Below, one piece after another: positions 25,149 through 27,880 of a DNA stretch of 27,880 nucleotides. Under the pieces are notes generated by a model that was given only the letters and a program-made list of their open reading frames with translations, made no database searches and was not told the DNA's origin. This DNA is from an uncultured Candidatus Bathyarchaeia archaeon (GTDB lineage Archaea; Thermoproteota; Bathyarchaeia; Bathyarchaeales; Bathycorpusculaceae). Positions within the stretch are counted from its first letter, which is position 1. Each line of letters opens with the position of its first letter. The stretch covers positions 1-27,880 of the forward strand of contig CAZHZB010000002.1 of the NCBI GenBank assembly GCA_964537045.1, read 5' to 3'. The position numbers and the translations under genes are program-made.

Positions 25149-26450
25149 CTACGAAATCTGCAGTTTCTCCTTGTAAGCCTCTAGATCCAGCCAGCCATGG
25201 CCGCTGATGTTCATGCAAATGGTTTTCTCTTTGCCTGCTTTTTCGGTTTTCAGAGCCTCGTCTATACCTGCGCGAAGCGCGTAACTGGATTCTGGTGCAG
25301 CCAGCCATCCTTCAGTCTGCAGGAAGAGTCGTGCTGCTTCAAAGATGACTTTTTCATTTTCTGGGTACGCGACGGCTTTGATTATGTTATGTTTACGAAG
25401 CAAGCTGATGATGGGGCCAGCAGCGTGATATCGCAGTCCATCTGCCTTGATCGGATTCATCTTGGTTTTGTGACCCAGAGTGAACATTTTCAAGAGTGGA
25501 GTATGTTCAGCTACATCTCCAAAATCATACTTGTACTCTCCCTTCACGAGGTTTGGAGCCGCCATAGACTGCGAAGCCAAGAACTCGCACTCTCTTTTGC
25601 CTTTCAACACTTCACCGATGAATGGAAGAGCAATACCGCCAAAGTTTGAACCGCCACCCAAACAACCTACGATTAGATCTGGTTTTTCATCAATCATGTC
25701 AAACTGCTTGATGGTTTCAAGGCCTATTACCGACTGGTGCATCATTACGTGATTCAGAACTGAACCTAGACAGTAAACGGTGTTGTCATGTGTCTCAGCA
25801 TATTCCAAGCCCTCAGATATCGCAATACCGAGTGAACCGGGACTCTTCGGATCCTTTGCCAGTACATTCTTGCCGAACTTGGTCTGCTTGCTAGGTGAAG
25901 CGTGGACCTTCGCGCCAAAAAGGTTCATCAGAGCTTTTCTGTCACTCTTCCAGTCGTAGACTGATTTGACCCAGAAGACCACGCACTCAAGCTCCATGAG
26001 TGAAGCTGCATAAGAAAGCGCGGTTCCCCACTGACCTGCACCGGTTTCGGTGCTCAGGGTCGTCTTTCCTTCTTTCTGAGCGTAATAGGCTTGTGCGATG
26101 GCAGTGTTCGTTTTATGTGAACCGGTGGGCGACAAGTCCTCGCGCTTGTAGTAGAGCTTGACTTTCTTCAATCCAAGACGTTTTTCCAACCGTTTCGCAC
26201 GGTAAAGCGGTCTTGGCCTTCCCATGTGAATATAAAGTTCGCGTATTTCCTCAGGAATATTGACCCAGCGTTCAGTCGACATCTCCTGCCCAAGACACTC
26301 TTTGACCATTGTCTTTGCCAAGTAGTCCATGCGGGATGGACCTTTTTCAGGCTCCTTTGGCGGAGGAAGCGGCTCTGGCAGGTCAGGTATGATGCTATAC
26401 CATTTTTTGGGGAATTCGTCTATCGGGAGCGCGATCTGGTCTTTCTCCAT
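25149..26450 (-). CDS. trpB2: TrpB2 (tryptophan synthase beta-like, PLP-dependent; outside a trp operon)
   Basis: PKKWY.I.PDLPEPLPPP, YYKREDLSPTGSHK (PLP Lys), ETGAGQWG, GSLGIAISE, GGGSNF, GLRYH, APESS. GGTGA RBS before ATG 26450. Confidence 0.93.
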   Translation of the reverse strand: MEKDQIALPIDEFPKKWYSIIPDLPEPLPPPKEPEKGPSRMDYLAKTMVKECLGQEMSTERWVNIPEEIRELYIHMGRPRPLYRAKRLEKRLGLKKVKLYYKREDLSPTGSHKTNTAIAQAYYAQKEGKTTLSTETGAGQWGTALSYAASLMELECVVFWVKSVYDWKSDRKALMNLFGAKVHASPSKQTKFGKNVLAKDPKSPGSLGIAISEGLEYAETHDNTVYCLGSVLNHVMMHQSVIGLETIKQFDMIDEKPDLIVGCLGGGSNFGGIALPFIGEVLKGKRECEFLASQSMAAPNLVKGEYKYDFGDVAEHTPLLKMFTLGHKTKMNPIKADGLRYHAAGPIISLLRKHNIIKAVAYPENEKVIFEAARLFLQTEGWLAAPESSYALRAGIDEALKTEKAGKEKTICMNISGHGWLDLEAYKEKLQIS

Positions 26451-26536
26451 AGGTGTCACCATTTCGTGAAACGTATAGTATAAGAGAATGTGGATTAAAG
26501 ACTTGCGCAACCAACTGTTAAGCTGGGAACTGTGCA

Positions 26537-27571
26537 CTACCCGAACCATTTTTCGAGTGTGGTCTTTCCCTTTTCCTTTGCGATTCCTGTCTGCATCTTC
26601 TCCAAGGCTTTTCGAACACGCTCTTCTGAGAAGTCCCTTTCTCTGACGATGAAATCAACCGCACTCGTGACATCTGGGGGGTTCCATTCGAGCGTGTAGT
26701 TGGAAGTCACCTCGGGATGGAGAAAAATCTCTCTGATTCTTTGAGGTTCAACAGGAAACTCCGCGTTTTTCACATGTGGAACCGCTTTCTCCAAGGTTTC
26801 ATGCTCTTTTATCAGTTTCAAGGCGGTTTTTGGTCCTAACCCCTTGATCCCGTCAGGATTGAAGTCTGTTCCAATCAGGATTCCTACGTCAATCAATTGT
26901 TCGTAAGTTATCCCCAGCTCTCTGAGAACTTGCTCTAACTCGAAAAGTTCTGGAATTACTTCAATGTATATGTTCTTGCTGGGGAGTTTCCTACGCCCTG
27001 AAATGGTTATGTTTCTAACAAACTTGGGAGCTCCGAAAAGAAGGCTGTCATAATCCTGACTTGCGCAGTAGTGAGCGTCGCCCTTCTTGGTCATATGTGC
27101 AGCTTGAGCTTCACCTTCACTGGGTGCCTGAATCCAGGGAACACCTATCAGATCAAGGAGCTTTTTGCTGTCTTCAGCCATGTAATCTTTCAGATGCGAA
27201 GTTGCCTGAGCGTAGACACGTGCCTCTTCGACTTTTCCTTCCTTCAACGCCCGCTCATAGAGAACTAGAGCTTCCTCTTTCACTCTCTTTCGTCTTTTGA
27301 TCTCAACTTCCTTAAGCGTAGGCGGAGCCCCGTCGAATACGTAAATCGGTTTGATGCCCAGCTCCACCAGATTGCTTGTTCGATAAAGCAAACCGCTCAG
27401 GTGACTGGTAACTCTGCCTGAGCTGTCCTTCAACGGAGTACCATCTGGTTGACGGATTATCGCCAGAAATTGGTAAAGTGCGTTGTACGCATCTATGGCA
27501 ATGATCTTCCCGCTCAAATCCTCGAGCCTGATCGTTGTTTTCGGCACAAGATCGCGAAGGTCGACTCCCAA
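26537..27571 (-). CDS. fen: Flap endonuclease 1
   Basis: MGVDL, AIDAYNALYQFLAIIRQPDG, YVFDG.PP, QAPSEGEAQAA, SQDYDSLLFG, GTDFNPDG.KGLGPKTA, C-terminal PIP-like TTLEKWF. TTG start at 27571. Confidence 0.97.
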   Translation of the reverse strand: MGVDLRDLVPKTTIRLEDLSGKIIAIDAYNALYQFLAIIRQPDGTPLKDSSGRVTSHLSGLLYRTSNLVELGIKPIYVFDGAPPTLKEVEIKRRKRVKEEALVLYERALKEGKVEEARVYAQATSHLKDYMAEDSKKLLDLIGVPWIQAPSEGEAQAAHMTKKGDAHYCASQDYDSLLFGAPKFVRNITISGRRKLPSKNIYIEVIPELFELEQVLRELGITYEQLIDVGILIGTDFNPDGIKGLGPKTALKLIKEHETLEKAVPHVKNAEFPVEPQRIREIFLHPEVTSNYTLEWNPPDVTSAVDFIVRERDFSEERVRKALEKMQTGIAKEKGKTTLEKWFG

Positions 27572-27817
27572 AAGTAACCCCTTTTTCACTATTGGCCGGC
27601 AACTGAAATAATAAAGTTCCGCAAAAACCATGCATCTCAATGTTCGCACCGTGCACAAAAACACAACACATCAAGCGCGGATTTCAATTTGCTGCATTTG
27701 AAGGAAGATGGATGTTGACGAGTGCCAGCTTTGATAGGTTGCCGGTTGACAAAGCAATAAGGCTCCCCGCGAGCAGGTTTTTTGGCGTAATTTCAACCAA
27801 AACACCCCCTACCCCCC

Positions 27818-27880
27818 CTAGGTAGGTAGGCCACGGAGGTTCTCTTTTTTCTGAGGTATGACGTGGTCGATATCTAGTGC
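27818..27880 (-). CDS. Possible 3' end of a gene entering from the right edge (...ALDIDHVIPQKKENLRGLPT*)
   Basis: 20 open codons ending in TAG at 27818-27820, in the same orientation as fen1. Too short to identify. Confidence 0.3.
   Translation of the reverse strand, partial: ALDIDHVIPQKKENLRGLPT

Noticed and set aside
15-27825. Numerous alternative-frame and antisense ORFs in the supplied track (e.g. 449-841, 4593-4910, 9529-9975, 21963-22355, 25197-25649)
   Set aside because: They overlap well-supported genes and have no recognisable motifs; they are shadow ORFs.
27818-27880. HNH endonuclease suggested by DIDHVIP...NL
   Set aside because: The frame stops before the expected second half of the HNH motif (N/C..CN/H); only 20 codons are visible.
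1-27880. tRNA, rRNA, CRISPR arrays, IS elements, integrases
   Set aside because: T-loop-like strings (5493, 5911, 16768) fall inside CDSs without cloverleafs. No regularly spaced repeats or transposase motifs were seen.

Overview
Gene-dense archaeal chromosomal segment, most likely Bathyarchaeia. The TACK-level assignment rests on eS26, a group II chaperonin, Rpo6, archaeal Fen1/Trm5 and GGAGG/GGTGA ribosome-binding sites. The Bathyarchaeia-level call is inference from protein style and frequent TTG starts. About 36 CDS, mostly housekeeping: thermosome, rpo6, pyrC, pyrF, GMP synthase subunit B, rps26e, UDG, rtcA, trm5, glmS, pcm, trpB2, fen1. I found no tRNA, rRNA, CRISPR array or mobile element. 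Features most worth following up: (1) an uncharacterised 4-gene unit at 22929-24278 (coiled-coil wHTH regulator, 64-aa ORF, and two small proteins sharing an ungapped 28-aa motif); (2) an arcadin-1-like protein with no crenactin nearby, close to a CdrS-like ribbon-helix-helix gene whose TATA box lies inside a perfect 9-bp inverted repeat; (3) an HTH regulator ending in a canonical EF-hand-type DxDxDG loop, divergent from glmS; (4) a GMP synthase B subunit with a tandemly duplicated dimerisation subdomain resembling the human enzyme; (5) a stand-alone B3/4 tRNA-editing protein divergent from an EamA exporter; (6) a probable ACG start codon for rpo6. All family calls come from motif recognition by eye; no database search was run.
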